This document shows, piece by piece, positions 30,745-40,599 of a stretch of DNA of 64,000 nt (within the stretch, counting starts at the first letter, position 1; every line of letters begins with the position of its first letter). The notes beneath the pieces were generated by a model that was not told the DNA's origin, searched no databases, and was given only the letters and a program-made list of their open reading frames with translations. The stretch comes from a virus. The stretch lies in IMG/VR virus record IMGVR_UViG_3300013126_000019, positions 16,689-80,688 of that record; one strand, given 5' to 3'. The position numbers and the translations under genes are program-made.

Positions 30745-32211
30745 TTAAGGTTTAGTAGTTACTGATGAATAAGGGCAATCTTTAATTACAGAGCCAATAA
30801 TAACTCTCACTCTAACCTGATATGTAACAGCTGCTGTAAGTCCTGTTAGGGTTCCAATTACGGCTCCTGCTGCAGGATTTATAATTGTTTGACCGGTAAC
30901 TATTGTTGTTAAAGCATTATTCCAACACTCAATAACATATGTTACAGGACTACTTATAAGATTAGTAAGTGAAAAATCAATTTCAGTTACATCGGCAGCA
31001 TATACAATTGCTGGACAATATGCAGAATTTGTAACACTTGTTGTAAGTACTTGATTACATTTTAATTTGTTAGTAGGATCATCAGTACAAACATTAAGTG
31101 ATACAGTGTAGTCCGTGTAAGGGTTTAAGGATGTAGCACCAATATTTATTGATACAGCTGCTCCGCCAACATTTGATACTACAGGAACTGAAGTTACATA
31201 TGTATTACCGTATGTATCTGTAATTGTAACAGCAGATCCACCTGAATAGCAATCTGTAAAAGTTCCACCAATTGTTCCTCCAATTGTAAGTAAAATATTT
31301 GGTGATGAATATGTTGCCGTAATAAATAAGTTTACATCATCGCATGATGGAGCGCAGCAGGTAGTTACTACATTATAAAGCGCCGAGCGCATGTCACAAA
31401 TTGTAATCCACATATTATTAAGTGAATCTGCAACAGTATTGTAATTACCTGCAGTAATCCATCCGGGTAAACTACCCATATTAACTGAAGTATTAGTTAA
31501 GGATGGAGATGTATCTAAATTTACACACTCTTGCGCAATAGCTGAATATAATTCTGTGGTAGTTCCTGTTGCTGTTTGTAATTCACAAAAAGCTGTTTCA
31601 AGATCTTCTACAAATGTTGCAATAGGAATATCTGTACTAGCCGATAAGCAACTAGTAGGAACTGTAATTGGTGGGATAACTGGATTACAGGCATCACAGT
31701 CTTCAAATACTTGAATACGTGCATCTAAGTCATCTAACCTTGCATTAACTACAACCAATTCTGCAACAATCTCACAAACTTTAGTAGCAATTGCCGTTGC
31801 ATAATCTTCAATAGATAATTGGGTTATAAGGTCACCGTATTGATTAGTTTTTTGAAAACAAGGCACAATAGATACCATGCAGTTTAAACTGTCTGTACAG
31901 TTAAATGTAGAACTTTTTCCGCCTGTACCCTGAGACTGTTGACACAGCTGATCTATAATAAACTGAATAAGATCGTGAATGTTTTCAGGCTTAGGACAAA
32001 TAGGAGGAAAGCATGATACATCAAATCCAGTAATATCTAACTGATCTACTAATGTACAAAGCTCTGTTGCTACTTTATAAGTAACATCAGAAATGCTGTC
32101 CCCTTTGCATAATGTAATGCATGGAATATCTGGCCCCTGCCAGATTACGCAGTTACTTGAAACAGGATTACATCCTGCTTGTGTATCTGAGGGTTGAATA
32201 GGAAGTGCCAT
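30745..32211 (-). CDS. Cys-rich structural/fibre-associated protein with FN3-like C-terminus
   Basis: SSNCVIWQGPDI.C N-terminus; LTGLTAAVTYQVRV FN3-like end. Confidence 0.6.
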   Translation of the reverse strand: MALPIQPSDTQAGCNPVSSNCVIWQGPDIPCITLCKGDSISDVTYKVATELCTLVDQLDITGFDVSCFPPICPKPENIHDLIQFIIDQLCQQSQGTGGKSSTFNCTDSLNCMVSIVPCFQKTNQYGDLITQLSIEDYATAIATKVCEIVAELVVVNARLDDLDARIQVFEDCDACNPVIPPITVPTSCLSASTDIPIATFVEDLETAFCELQTATGTTTELYSAIAQECVNLDTSPSLTNTSVNMGSLPGWITAGNYNTVADSLNNMWITICDMRSALYNVVTTCCAPSCDDVNLFITATYSSPNILLTIGGTIGGTFTDCYSGGSAVTITDTYGNTYVTSVPVVSNVGGAAVSINIGATSLNPYTDYTVSLNVCTDDPTNKLKCNQVLTTSVTNSAYCPAIVYAADVTEIDFSLTNLISSPVTYVIECWNNALTTIVTGQTIINPAAGAVIGTLTGLTAAVTYQVRVRVIIGSVIKDCPYSSVTTKP

Positions 32212-32239
32212 ATCTTTAATTTACAAAAATTTATTCTAT

Positions 32240-33748
32240 TTAACTAGGTTCTGGACAAATAACTGGTGGTGTCGGTGTAACAATTGTGCATGCCGTAGGA
32301 TCATTTATAACAGCTAAATCAGATAGTTGTTTCTTAATCCAAATACTATCTAAGTTTACAGTATTACACTCTGAGTTAATACCATATTTAAGATTCTTAA
32401 ACAGTCTATAATAAGCTTCAGCAAACTTTATGTTTGATGAAATATCACACTGACTTTGTGTAACTTGATAAAAGTGTCTATCCGGTTTAGGTATTACTCT
32501 AGTATATTTAGCTGGTGCAGGAGGTGCAGGAGGTAAGCAGCATGTACAGTCATCAAAAATTAATGGGTAACCTCCTGTGTTATTTGCAATTTCAACGTCT
32601 ACAAGAGTTTGGTCATCAAAGGCAATAATGTTAACACTCCAACATAAAGGTGATCCTACAATATTTATAACTCTACTTACACCTGAACTTAAGATTGGAC
32701 TAGTAGAATATATTGGATTTGCTTGACCTGTGCAGTCATATAATGCATATATATCAGAATCTTTAACCAAAGTCCATACTGCCGTAGCAATATTTCCTGA
32801 TGCATAGTAGTCATTACTTACAGTTGCTGTAATTGTTGTACTAGCATTTTCTGCTTTAAATACAGCACCTATTGCATTACCTCCATCATCAATAGCAAAA
32901 AAGCCATCTGTTGGTGTATAAAAGTGGGCTGCCCAAATACTTCTAATATCTGATCCCGGATCTAGCGGTGGGTATACTTCTGACCAAGTTGCACCTGCAT
33001 CAGAAGAGTATAGTATTGGTCCATTAGATCCAGACACCCACATTGTATTATCGTCATACCATGTTAGGTGCGTGTACTTTAGTGGTGTACCAGCATAGTC
33101 ACCGTCTGCAGCAATAATATCATAAACACTTGTAAATGTTGTGCCACTATCAGTACTTCTAAATATATCATTACTAGTTACAGCAACAATTACGGATTCA
33201 TCAGCTGAGATGTGTACACCTGATACATAGTCAGCGCTAATCTCTAATCCTCCGTTCAGGTATGTCCAGTTTGCTCCACCATCAATAGTTTTTGCAATAG
33301 CTTTGCTGTGACCAATAACACCTATAAGATTATCTTTAAAATGAACTGAGAAAGCAGTATTCCCATATTGTACTCCATCTAGACCATTGATGCACAATGT
33401 ATATGTAATTCCGCCATCAGTAGATTTAAGCACAGCCACTTGTTTACCAGAACCTGTCCCGCATATGTATATAGTTTGGGATACAGTTGTTGGTATAGAT
33501 ATCTGAAGGGCTCTTGTAACCTGAGTAGGGTTTACAGCAATTGATTGTACTGTTGCGCCAGCATCCGTTGTATAACCAATGTAATTGCTGCCACATACAA
33601 TAGCATAATTAGGATTACTATGATCTGTTTTTACATCATATAAATCCTGGGTAGTAAAACCAGTATAGTCAGTCCAAACAGTTGTTGTATGATCATAGAC
33701 CTTAAAAAGACCGTTCTTACCTGATAAGTATGTTTTACCGATTGCCAT
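32240..33748 (-). CDS. BNR/Asp-box beta-propeller structural protein (possible receptor/glycan binding)
   Basis: Repeated S/T-x-D-G/A/S-G-x-T/N-W/Y/F boxes: TTDAGAT, STDGGIT, TIDGGANW, STDSGTTF, SSDAGATW. Confidence 0.7.
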   Translation of the reverse strand: MAIGKTYLSGKNGLFKVYDHTTTVWTDYTGFTTQDLYDVKTDHSNPNYAIVCGSNYIGYTTDAGATVQSIAVNPTQVTRALQISIPTTVSQTIYICGTGSGKQVAVLKSTDGGITYTLCINGLDGVQYGNTAFSVHFKDNLIGVIGHSKAIAKTIDGGANWTYLNGGLEISADYVSGVHISADESVIVAVTSNDIFRSTDSGTTFTSVYDIIAADGDYAGTPLKYTHLTWYDDNTMWVSGSNGPILYSSDAGATWSEVYPPLDPGSDIRSIWAAHFYTPTDGFFAIDDGGNAIGAVFKAENASTTITATVSNDYYASGNIATAVWTLVKDSDIYALYDCTGQANPIYSTSPILSSGVSRVINIVGSPLCWSVNIIAFDDQTLVDVEIANNTGGYPLIFDDCTCCLPPAPPAPAKYTRVIPKPDRHFYQVTQSQCDISSNIKFAEAYYRLFKNLKYGINSECNTVNLDSIWIKKQLSDLAVINDPTACTIVTPTPPVICPEPS

Positions 33749-33757
33749 TACTAATTT

Positions 33758-33892
33758 TTATTTTTTAGGTTCAGCTTGTTGCTGTTGTTTTAATGTATTA
33801 ATGCATTTACTACATGCTTGTTTACCATTTGGTGTTACTCTTTTTTGGCAACCACATGTTAGTGTTGCTCCACAGTTTGCACATTTACTCAT
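33758..33892 (-). CDS. 44-aa Cys-rich (Zn-binding-like) protein
   Basis: Not in the ORF track. MSKCANCGATLTCGCQKRVTPNGKQACSKC... fills the gap and is preceded by the AAAAACCAACAATT leader. Confidence 0.7.
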   Translation of the reverse strand: MSKCANCGATLTCGCQKRVTPNGKQACSKCINTLKQQQQAEPKK

Positions 33893-33914
33893 AATTGTTG
33901 GTTTTTATTACTAT

Positions 33915-34469
33915 TTAACATGATTCACATCCACAGCCACATGCTAATTTTGTAAGCTTAGCTGTAACGTAGTTATATATATCCATGCCGTGTTGTGGTG
34001 TGTGACAATATTCTACTTTAGCTTTAGCAGCTTGAAGCATTGTTGATAATAGTTGTAACTCTTTAAGCTTATCTTTCATAGGAGGAAGAGGCTCACAGTT
34101 AGGCACATCTAAACAACAAAGGATATTATTAATTTTATTTAGCGCTTGAGTAATACGTAAATGGTTATATTCTACGTATACAGTATCATTAGGGGCAACA
34201 CTATACCTAACTACATATATTCCATCAGGTAATGCATTTCGAGTAGTACTACAGTTAGTTAACTGTAAATCTAAATCGCATGCAGTATAATTAGCAGAAA
34301 AATCTGTACCTGGTTGTAACTCTACAGAAGTAGTAAAACCGGGAGCCGTTATCTGTAATTTTGGACAGTCCAAAGGTACTGCATCATTGTAAGTACTAGT
34401 ATCAATAATTCTAAAGATACATGTTGTAAGTACATCTGGAATTTCTATTGAAAGTGCGTGTTGTGCCAT
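33915..34469 (-). CDS. structural protein (184 aa)
   Basis: LPDGIY.V.YSV motif; Cys-rich C-terminus CGCGCESC. Confidence 0.55.
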   Translation of the reverse strand: MAQHALSIEIPDVLTTCIFRIIDTSTYNDAVPLDCPKLQITAPGFTTSVELQPGTDFSANYTACDLDLQLTNCSTTRNALPDGIYVVRYSVAPNDTVYVEYNHLRITQALNKINNILCCLDVPNCEPLPPMKDKLKELQLLSTMLQAAKAKVEYCHTPQHGMDIYNYVTAKLTKLACGCGCESC

Positions 34470-34506
34470 ATATAATACTAAGTTACAAAGATATAGTGTA
34501 AAAATA

Positions 34507-34542
34507 AAAAAGGGAAGGAGTTTTTTTGCTCCCTCCCTTTTT
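34507..34542. terminator. intrinsic terminator (possibly bidirectional)
   Basis: AAAAAGGGAAGGAG...CTCCCTCCCTTTTT hairpin with A/T tails after the 492-aa gene. Confidence 0.65.
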
Positions 34543-34559
34543 ATAAGTTTTAGTTAAGG

Positions 34560-36038
34560 TTAACCTACTGAAACAATAGGATCCACTTGAACACATACTC
34601 TTGGACAAGTGTAAGCTTTGAAGATATCACAACTTTGGCAGTCATTAACCCAGGTTGTAACTGTAGTTTCAAAATTAGCAAGTGACTCCTCAATGAAGAA
34701 TAAAGATTGACCATCTGTTACAGATACGGTACCGGTCATTGTTACTTCTTTGTCTATTGCATTTACGCTTAACACAGTTGCTGTGCTATATGCACCACCT
34801 GCAACAGATACAACCATACCTGCAACAATTCCACTAACATCAGCTACAGTGATAACAGCAGCAACATTAGCTCCTACAGCTACAGTGTTAACAGTAGCAA
34901 GACCTACAATCTCTAACAAGTACTGATCATTATCAAATGTTCCAGTTGGGTTATTAAAGCGTGGCACACTGTGTTGCAAGTAATAACGTGTATAGCTAGA
35001 AAAACGGTCAATTGCATCATATACATCTGTACCGTTAGTAATCTCACGGATACGTAGGTCTTGACCAGTATAGAATGGTTGTTGCATGTAACCTTCAGTT
35101 AAAATAAGATCACGGATAACATTCTCACCAGTACCTTTTAATTGTACAGGTTCACAAACATCATTACTACAAAGACCTTGGAAAGCACATGGATCACCAT
35201 TAAGATCTACTTCAGAAGCATAAAGCTTCACAGGCTCTAAGAAAGCAATAACAGAATCATTTGGATAGAATGTACAGTTTTGGAAACGAGTGTCTGCATA
35301 AGCACCTGTAATGATCAAACCAGCAAGAGTATTTTCATCTCCAGGGAATGTAGCACCTTCCAAAGTATAAGGTAAAAGATTGGCTACACTAGTTGTAGGA
35401 TCAGAAATACTATTTGGAGCAAAAGCTAACCAGTTAGCACCGCCATCAGTTGAGTAGGTAATAGCAATTTGGATAAATGGGTTAATCAAAGGACTGTTTA
35501 AGAAGTCATAAGCCCATTTAGAATAAACAATTAAAGGGTTAACTGCTACTGGAGCAATAGCATCTTCTGCACAACATCCAGTATACGCACCAGAAGTGTA
35601 GTAAGAGTTACGAGTTAAGTAACGCAATGCTGGTGATCCTTTAATGTCTAAACGCAAAGAATAAGTTTCTCCGCACAAAAATTGCTTTACACAAGCACCG
35701 GCATGGTTATCTACTGTTGCACCCACTACAATTTGAGCTTGTTGTGCTGGGCATGGATCTACGCGATAAAATGCAGATACATACTTAGGATTAATAGTTT
35801 TAGATTTTACAGATTCACTGTATCCACCGTGATAAGGACCAATTTTGTCATTAGAGTGAATAGAACCTGATACTAACACTACAGGGCAGCAGTTGGCAGG
35901 TTCACCAACTTGAGTCCAAGTTTTTGGATCATAAAATGAGAATTGACCAAGAGCAAGTCCTGTAGTCGCTGCGCCATTAGTTACAAAACCTTGAGTTCCC
36001 ACAAAGGTTTTTTGAAAGGCATGATTGAAATAAGCCAT
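34560..36038 (-). CDS. auxiliary capsid/major structural protein (492 aa)
   Basis: Shares the AACCCTTAA..AAACAAAAA leader with the MCP gene; followed by a terminator; position downstream of MCP. Confidence 0.5.
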   Translation of the reverse strand: MAYFNHAFQKTFVGTQGFVTNGAATTGLALGQFSFYDPKTWTQVGEPANCCPVVLVSGSIHSNDKIGPYHGGYSESVKSKTINPKYVSAFYRVDPCPAQQAQIVVGATVDNHAGACVKQFLCGETYSLRLDIKGSPALRYLTRNSYYTSGAYTGCCAEDAIAPVAVNPLIVYSKWAYDFLNSPLINPFIQIAITYSTDGGANWLAFAPNSISDPTTSVANLLPYTLEGATFPGDENTLAGLIITGAYADTRFQNCTFYPNDSVIAFLEPVKLYASEVDLNGDPCAFQGLCSNDVCEPVQLKGTGENVIRDLILTEGYMQQPFYTGQDLRIREITNGTDVYDAIDRFSSYTRYYLQHSVPRFNNPTGTFDNDQYLLEIVGLATVNTVAVGANVAAVITVADVSGIVAGMVVSVAGGAYSTATVLSVNAIDKEVTMTGTVSVTDGQSLFFIEESLANFETTVTTWVNDCQSCDIFKAYTCPRVCVQVDPIVSVG

Positions 36039-36102
36039 TGTTTTTGTTTTTAAGGGTTATAAATATATATTTAATATAAGAAAAGTATTTCTACTTTCCA
36101 AA

Positions 36103-36564
36103 TTATTTTAAGAAAAGTAACTTATACTTAGCTGAATTAAGAGTAGACTTAACAGTATCTAACTCATTTACAATCTCAGAGTAAGGCATTTTATCCTGTA
36201 AACTTGATACCATTTCTACCAACATTTTTAAATACTTAATACCTTCATCTACAGTATTTAAGGTTTTAGGTGCCTCGTCATTATACTTTAATAATGTTTC
36301 AGCAGCTCCTTGAAAACCTTCTGCAAGGTCATCTGCGTGTCCAGGTAGGGCATCATAAAGATCATTTAAAGCTTTATGCGCAGCATATGAACCCACACCT
36401 GTTACCTTAAGGTGTAATTTATGAAAAGTTGTTGCAGCATTCATTAATTCTGATACACATGCTGCAGTAATTTCTTCAATAGATCCACCAACATAACCTT
36501 TTGCAGATGATGATGTGGTATTTGTTTTCAGTGTTCTTTTTAGAACATTATTTATTTCAGCCAT
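36103..36564 (-). CDS. ferritin/Dps-like four-helix protein (DUF5856-like)
   Basis: HKLHL...SYAAHKAL..LYD...D.LAE and C-terminal KYKLLFL. Confidence 0.7.
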   Translation of the reverse strand: MAEINNVLKRTLKTNTTSSSAKGYVGGSIEEITAACVSELMNAATTFHKLHLKVTGVGSYAAHKALNDLYDALPGHADDLAEGFQGAAETLLKYNDEAPKTLNTVDEGIKYLKMLVEMVSSLQDKMPYSEIVNELDTVKSTLNSAKYKLLFLK

Positions 36565-36576
36565 TATTTTTAGTTA

Positions 36577-37281
36577 TTACGAGTTTTGTTCACTGGACGC
36601 TTGTGAAATTTGGTATTCAGTAATAGATTCAATATCACCTGCAAGTATTTGTACGGCATTATCAATGATTGTTTCTGTTACATCTTCTTTAAATTCACAC
36701 TCTACATTTGTTGTAGATACAGCACCTGTATAAGGGTTTACACAACCTTGTATTTCAATTTTAATAGGCTCTCTATAGTACATAAGCTTAGCACTAGTAA
36801 CTGTAAAGTCATCATTTGTGTAGATCTTTACTTTATTACTTGCCAATGTACAAAAGGTTTCTGCCCAATCAAAACTAGGCTTTTTGTTTTCATCACGCAG
36901 CAAAATTGCTGCATTAGCTTCTTCAGCTAAATAAACAACAAATCTTCTAGGATCTGGACAACAGTCACTAGATCCATAAGCATCAACTCGCTTAAACTCC
37001 ATATAGTCCTCAGGTAATGTTTCTGAAATAACATAACCTGGCATATTAGAGTAAGCCATATCCGCTACATTAAGTAAGGGTTGTAAATCATCAATTTTAC
37101 GCTTAGACTGCTCATCACCTTGGTTAAGTATATTTATACCTGCAAGCTGACGCCTAACCCATTGAACCTGAGCCTTATTAAAAGCTTCAACAATTTGCCA
37201 GCATTCTATGTTGTCATAGTCATTACTTGCAAGCTTGTTAAGCCTTTGCATTATTTTTAATCTAAGTGTAGAATTATTCAT
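36577..37281 (-). CDS. head-tail ring/adaptor protein
   Basis: 234 aa; FNKAQ, LPEDY, YYREP and CEF patterns; synteny. Confidence 0.5.
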   Translation of the reverse strand: MNNSTLRLKIMQRLNKLASNDYDNIECWQIVEAFNKAQVQWVRRQLAGINILNQGDEQSKRKIDDLQPLLNVADMAYSNMPGYVISETLPEDYMEFKRVDAYGSSDCCPDPRRFVVYLAEEANAAILLRDENKKPSFDWAETFCTLASNKVKIYTNDDFTVTSAKLMYYREPIKIEIQGCVNPYTGAVSTTNVECEFKEDVTETIIDNAVQILAGDIESITEYQISQASSEQNS

Positions 37282-37475
37282 TATCCTTTAACTTTCTTTA
37301 GTTTTGGATTAGCAGCTTTAGCTTTAGCAGAAGCCTTACGTGTACTAGCAGCTAAGATAGCACCGGCAGCTTGTTTAGACACACCCTGCTTGGAAGCAAT
37401 TTTTGCTTGTACAGCTTTAAATCCAGGATGTGAACCACCCTTTTTCATTTGACCACATGTTTTACAGTTTTTCAT
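37281..37475 (-). CDS. small basic K/A-rich protein (possible internal DNA-binding protein)
   Basis: 64 aa, MKKGG motif, TAATG-coupled. Confidence 0.6.
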   Translation of the reverse strand: MKNCKTCGQMKKGGSHPGFKAVQAKIASKQGVSKQAAGAILAASTRKASAKAKAANPKLKKVKG

Positions 37476-37479
37476 AAAT

Positions 37480-37614
37480 TTACTTTTTGCAGCTAGGGTC
37501 TGATTTTTTAGTTGGATACGCAGAACCCAAAGCTCCTCCTTTTTTAAAGGAAGGCTTTGAGTTAGGATATCCTATTAGGTTTTTCTTTTCAGAATTGCTT
37601 ATGATTTTACTCAT
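37480..37614 (-). CDS. small basic protein (44 aa)
   Basis: Not in the ORF track. ATGA overlap with the upstream gene; MSKIISNSEKK...SFKKGGALG...SCKK. Confidence 0.6.
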   Translation of the reverse strand: MSKIISNSEKKNLIGYPNSKPSFKKGGALGSAYPTKKSDPSCKK

Positions 37615-37799
37615 TTTGAGCTTTTCTTAGGTGTAGGCACTGGCTTATTAACTCCACCAGAAGACTTACCTTTAGATACTTTTTGAGCTGCAGCATTTGC
37701 TTTAGAGTTTACTCCTCCTGAAGATTTACCAGAAGATACTTTTGTAGCTACAGCTTTTGCATTGGGGTTAATCATGCCACCGGTTTTCATTTTTTTCAT
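37611..37799 (-). CDS. small basic protein with internal duplication
   Basis: KVS(S/K)GKSSGGVN occurs twice; MKTGG motif. Confidence 0.6.
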   Translation of the reverse strand: MKKMKTGGMINPNAKAVATKVSSGKSSGGVNSKANAAAQKVSKGKSSGGVNKPVPTPKKSSK

Positions 37800-37823
37800 A
37801 GTTGTGTGTTTATATAAAGATAG

Positions 37824-38846
37824 TTATTGATTCCAATACTTTTCTACTCTTGCTTGTAAATCTATTAAAATTTCCTCATTTAGTGGATTTTTTAAATACT
37901 CTACAATCTCAGCTTGGTTTCTACCTAAAAGAGCACCTTTGTCTTTATGATATATAAAGCCATCGGCTCTATTAATCACAATTTTAAAGTATGAAGCATC
38001 TTTAACAATAGCTCTAAGCTTTAACATTTCCATATCTTGGTCACAAGCATCTAAAAACATTTGAGCAGCACGTGCAGCATTTTTCTCAGAACCCTCACCC
38101 ATAATGAATCTATCCATGTTATCATAGATTAAATCATTAGGTGTTGATTTTCTATATTGAGAACCTGACACCTCTACTAACTTAGCCACATAGAATAACT
38201 TGTTAGTGTTTTTATCAAATAATTTTTGTAACTCAGAAAGTGCTTTGTTACGAATTTTCTTGGTTTCAGTTTTAGTAGAAACAGTTTCTTCCATTTTGTC
38301 TAAGTAAAACTTAGGTATTTTATTAAAAGGTCGACTTCTCGCATCTTCTAAACTTTTTGCTACAATACTAAATCCACCAGCATTAATTGCATATAACTTA
38401 ATTAAGTCATATGGATCACGAGTAGGATCTAAATACAAAGGCTCATTTCCGCACTTTAATTCAATCTTACTCCAAAACTCATCATTATCAGGACGTAGTA
38501 ATTTTACTTTAACCCAAAAATCTTTATCTTCTGGATCAATAACATTTGCAGCTAATTCCTTCTCTAACTCACAAATCACATTTCTAATTTCTTTAATCTT
38601 AGCTTCTCGATCTTCAAGATTAGGAATATTTTTAACATCCGGTGCAAACTCATTTAATCCAGTAATATATCTTTTAACACCGTTGTGCTCAAGACATGCT
38701 AACTGTTCTTGGTGATATACTCTATCGTATAATACCATTCCGTATTTTTCTAGACCTAAGTTATTAACTTGTCTGTCAAAATAAGGTTTAATCATAATAG
38801 GACTACGCTTAGTTGTGTAGCCTTGTTCAATAAGTGTAAAGCTCAT
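37824..38846 (-). CDS. conserved protein downstream of the major capsid gene
   Basis: 340 aa; position matches the conserved crAss-like gene after MCP. Confidence 0.55.
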   Translation of the reverse strand: MSFTLIEQGYTTKRSPIMIKPYFDRQVNNLGLEKYGMVLYDRVYHQEQLACLEHNGVKRYITGLNEFAPDVKNIPNLEDREAKIKEIRNVICELEKELAANVIDPEDKDFWVKVKLLRPDNDEFWSKIELKCGNEPLYLDPTRDPYDLIKLYAINAGGFSIVAKSLEDARSRPFNKIPKFYLDKMEETVSTKTETKKIRNKALSELQKLFDKNTNKLFYVAKLVEVSGSQYRKSTPNDLIYDNMDRFIMGEGSEKNAARAAQMFLDACDQDMEMLKLRAIVKDASYFKIVINRADGFIYHKDKGALLGRNQAEIVEYLKNPLNEEILIDLQARVEKYWNQ

Positions 38847-38885
38847 AATTTGTTGGTTTTGTTTATTGGTTTTTGTAAAGGTAGT

Positions 38886-38916
38886 AAAAAGGGGGAGGCT
38901 TTCAACTCTCCCCCAA
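38886..38916 (-). terminator. intrinsic terminator after the MCP gene
   Basis: Minus strand GGGGGAGAG-TTGAAAG-CCTCCCCC-TTTTT. Confidence 0.65.
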
Positions 38917-38933
38917 TTTACAGGTTATTAAAA

Positions 38934-40568
38934 TTAGAATGATCCGCCAGTGATTGGGTTACGCATAACAATCTTCAACACTTTGGTTGGGTCTTTAACC
39001 CAGATTGCCGGCATGTTTTGAGTCATGTATACGCGATATCCATTAAATTGTCCAGAGCTTTGGAATCCTTGGGTACGACCCATATAGTCCATAGTTCCGT
39101 TTTGGTACCACCATTTCAATTGATTATCCCAAGATAACTTCAACAAGAAGATGTTGTCATTAGTGTTATCTGTAATATCAAAGATGATGAAGCTATAAGA
39201 AGACAATGGGAAACCATCAATGATTGGGTTTTCAATGTCATTGGTGTGTAGGTTATCAAACGCTGGGTTTAATACAAATTTCACGTTAGCCAAGAATGGG
39301 ATAACATAAGAAGTGTAAGCAAATCCAAAGTTTAAGTCCATACCTTTACCAGTGATTGCTCCAATGTCAGCAGCTTGGATTAACAATCCAGAAGACATTG
39401 CTTCACGCTTGATTGCTTCATTAACCATGCGCATACCACCCATACCAGTTTGTACAATCAACTGACGCTTAGGATCTGGACCTTGGAAGTCAACCTTACC
39501 AGCATAAAAGTTATATAACTCAGAGCGGAATAAGTCAAGGCTGAAGCCTGATTTGTTATATACACGCTTAAATGAGTTATCCAACTGCTTCCAAAGACCG
39601 ACAGACAAGCGGATATCATCTGGACCATCTTGACGCACGCGTCCACCTTGTCCCCACATTAAGTAGGTTTCAATGTCATTAGCTACTTTACTCAAGTGAG
39701 CTGCTTCCATTGTAGTCAAGAAAGTACGTGATAATGAACCATTAGACATAGCACGCTTAACATAGTCCTTACCCATACGAGATACCATTGTATCAAGATT
39801 AGCAACTGAAGGATCTAAGTTTTTGTCAAAGTTACGCCAGATTTCAGTTACTGGAACAGTACCGTCTGCATTCATACCACCCTTAGACATAAGGTCAGCG
39901 CGGCTTGATACAGAATAGTGTACGTGTGCTTCAGCTCCTCCTACAAAGTTGTAGAATTCACGGAAACCTGTAGAAGTAACGATATCAGAAAAACGTTCTC
40001 CATACTCACCACGTGCAGAACCTTTACGGAAGACTTTAGTTCCTGGTGCTACATAGTCAGCAGTTAAACCATATGATGAATCATTGTTTACTAACTGCAC
40101 AGTGTAGATAAAACCATCTCCTACTGGTACAATGTCTTCTGTTGGGACAATGTACATTTCAGCTCCATTGTATTTGTCATAAGTGATGATATCACCATGT
40201 CCAAATTCACGACGAGAAATTTTAAGTTTGAAGGTAGTACCGTCAACACCTAGATTTTCTACAGCGCCGGTTTCTACTAAATCAACAATGTAAGGAAGAT
40301 CTTGAACAACTGGGGTTTCCCATTTGTACTCTCCGCGAGCATTGTTAACATTAATTACATTTTTTCCACCAAAACTTGACATTTGGTAAAGTGGCATTTC
40401 GACCTTTTGTGCCATAGCCCAAAGATCTACTGGTCCTAAATCCATAGGTTCAGCATTCTTAAGCATGTTCACTAAATGGTACGAATCCACGTGTGAGCTC
40501 GCAGCATACTGCGTGTCACGTAGAAATATCCCATTATTTAAAACAGGAGTCGTGTTGTTTAAAGCCAT
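38934..40568 (-). CDS. major capsid protein
   Basis: 544 aa after portal and scaffold; EYKW, TYLMWG, GLWKQ, TGMGG and IWVKDPT motifs; strong terminator. Confidence 0.85.
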   Translation of the reverse strand: MALNNTTPVLNNGIFLRDTQYAASSHVDSYHLVNMLKNAEPMDLGPVDLWAMAQKVEMPLYQMSSFGGKNVINVNNARGEYKWETPVVQDLPYIVDLVETGAVENLGVDGTTFKLKISRREFGHGDIITYDKYNGAEMYIVPTEDIVPVGDGFIYTVQLVNNDSSYGLTADYVAPGTKVFRKGSARGEYGERFSDIVTSTGFREFYNFVGGAEAHVHYSVSSRADLMSKGGMNADGTVPVTEIWRNFDKNLDPSVANLDTMVSRMGKDYVKRAMSNGSLSRTFLTTMEAAHLSKVANDIETYLMWGQGGRVRQDGPDDIRLSVGLWKQLDNSFKRVYNKSGFSLDLFRSELYNFYAGKVDFQGPDPKRQLIVQTGMGGMRMVNEAIKREAMSSGLLIQAADIGAITGKGMDLNFGFAYTSYVIPFLANVKFVLNPAFDNLHTNDIENPIIDGFPLSSYSFIIFDITDNTNDNIFLLKLSWDNQLKWWYQNGTMDYMGRTQGFQSSGQFNGYRVYMTQNMPAIWVKDPTKVLKIVMRNPITGGSF

Positions 40569-40599
40569 TTTTGTTTATTTATTAAGGGTTAAAAGTTAA

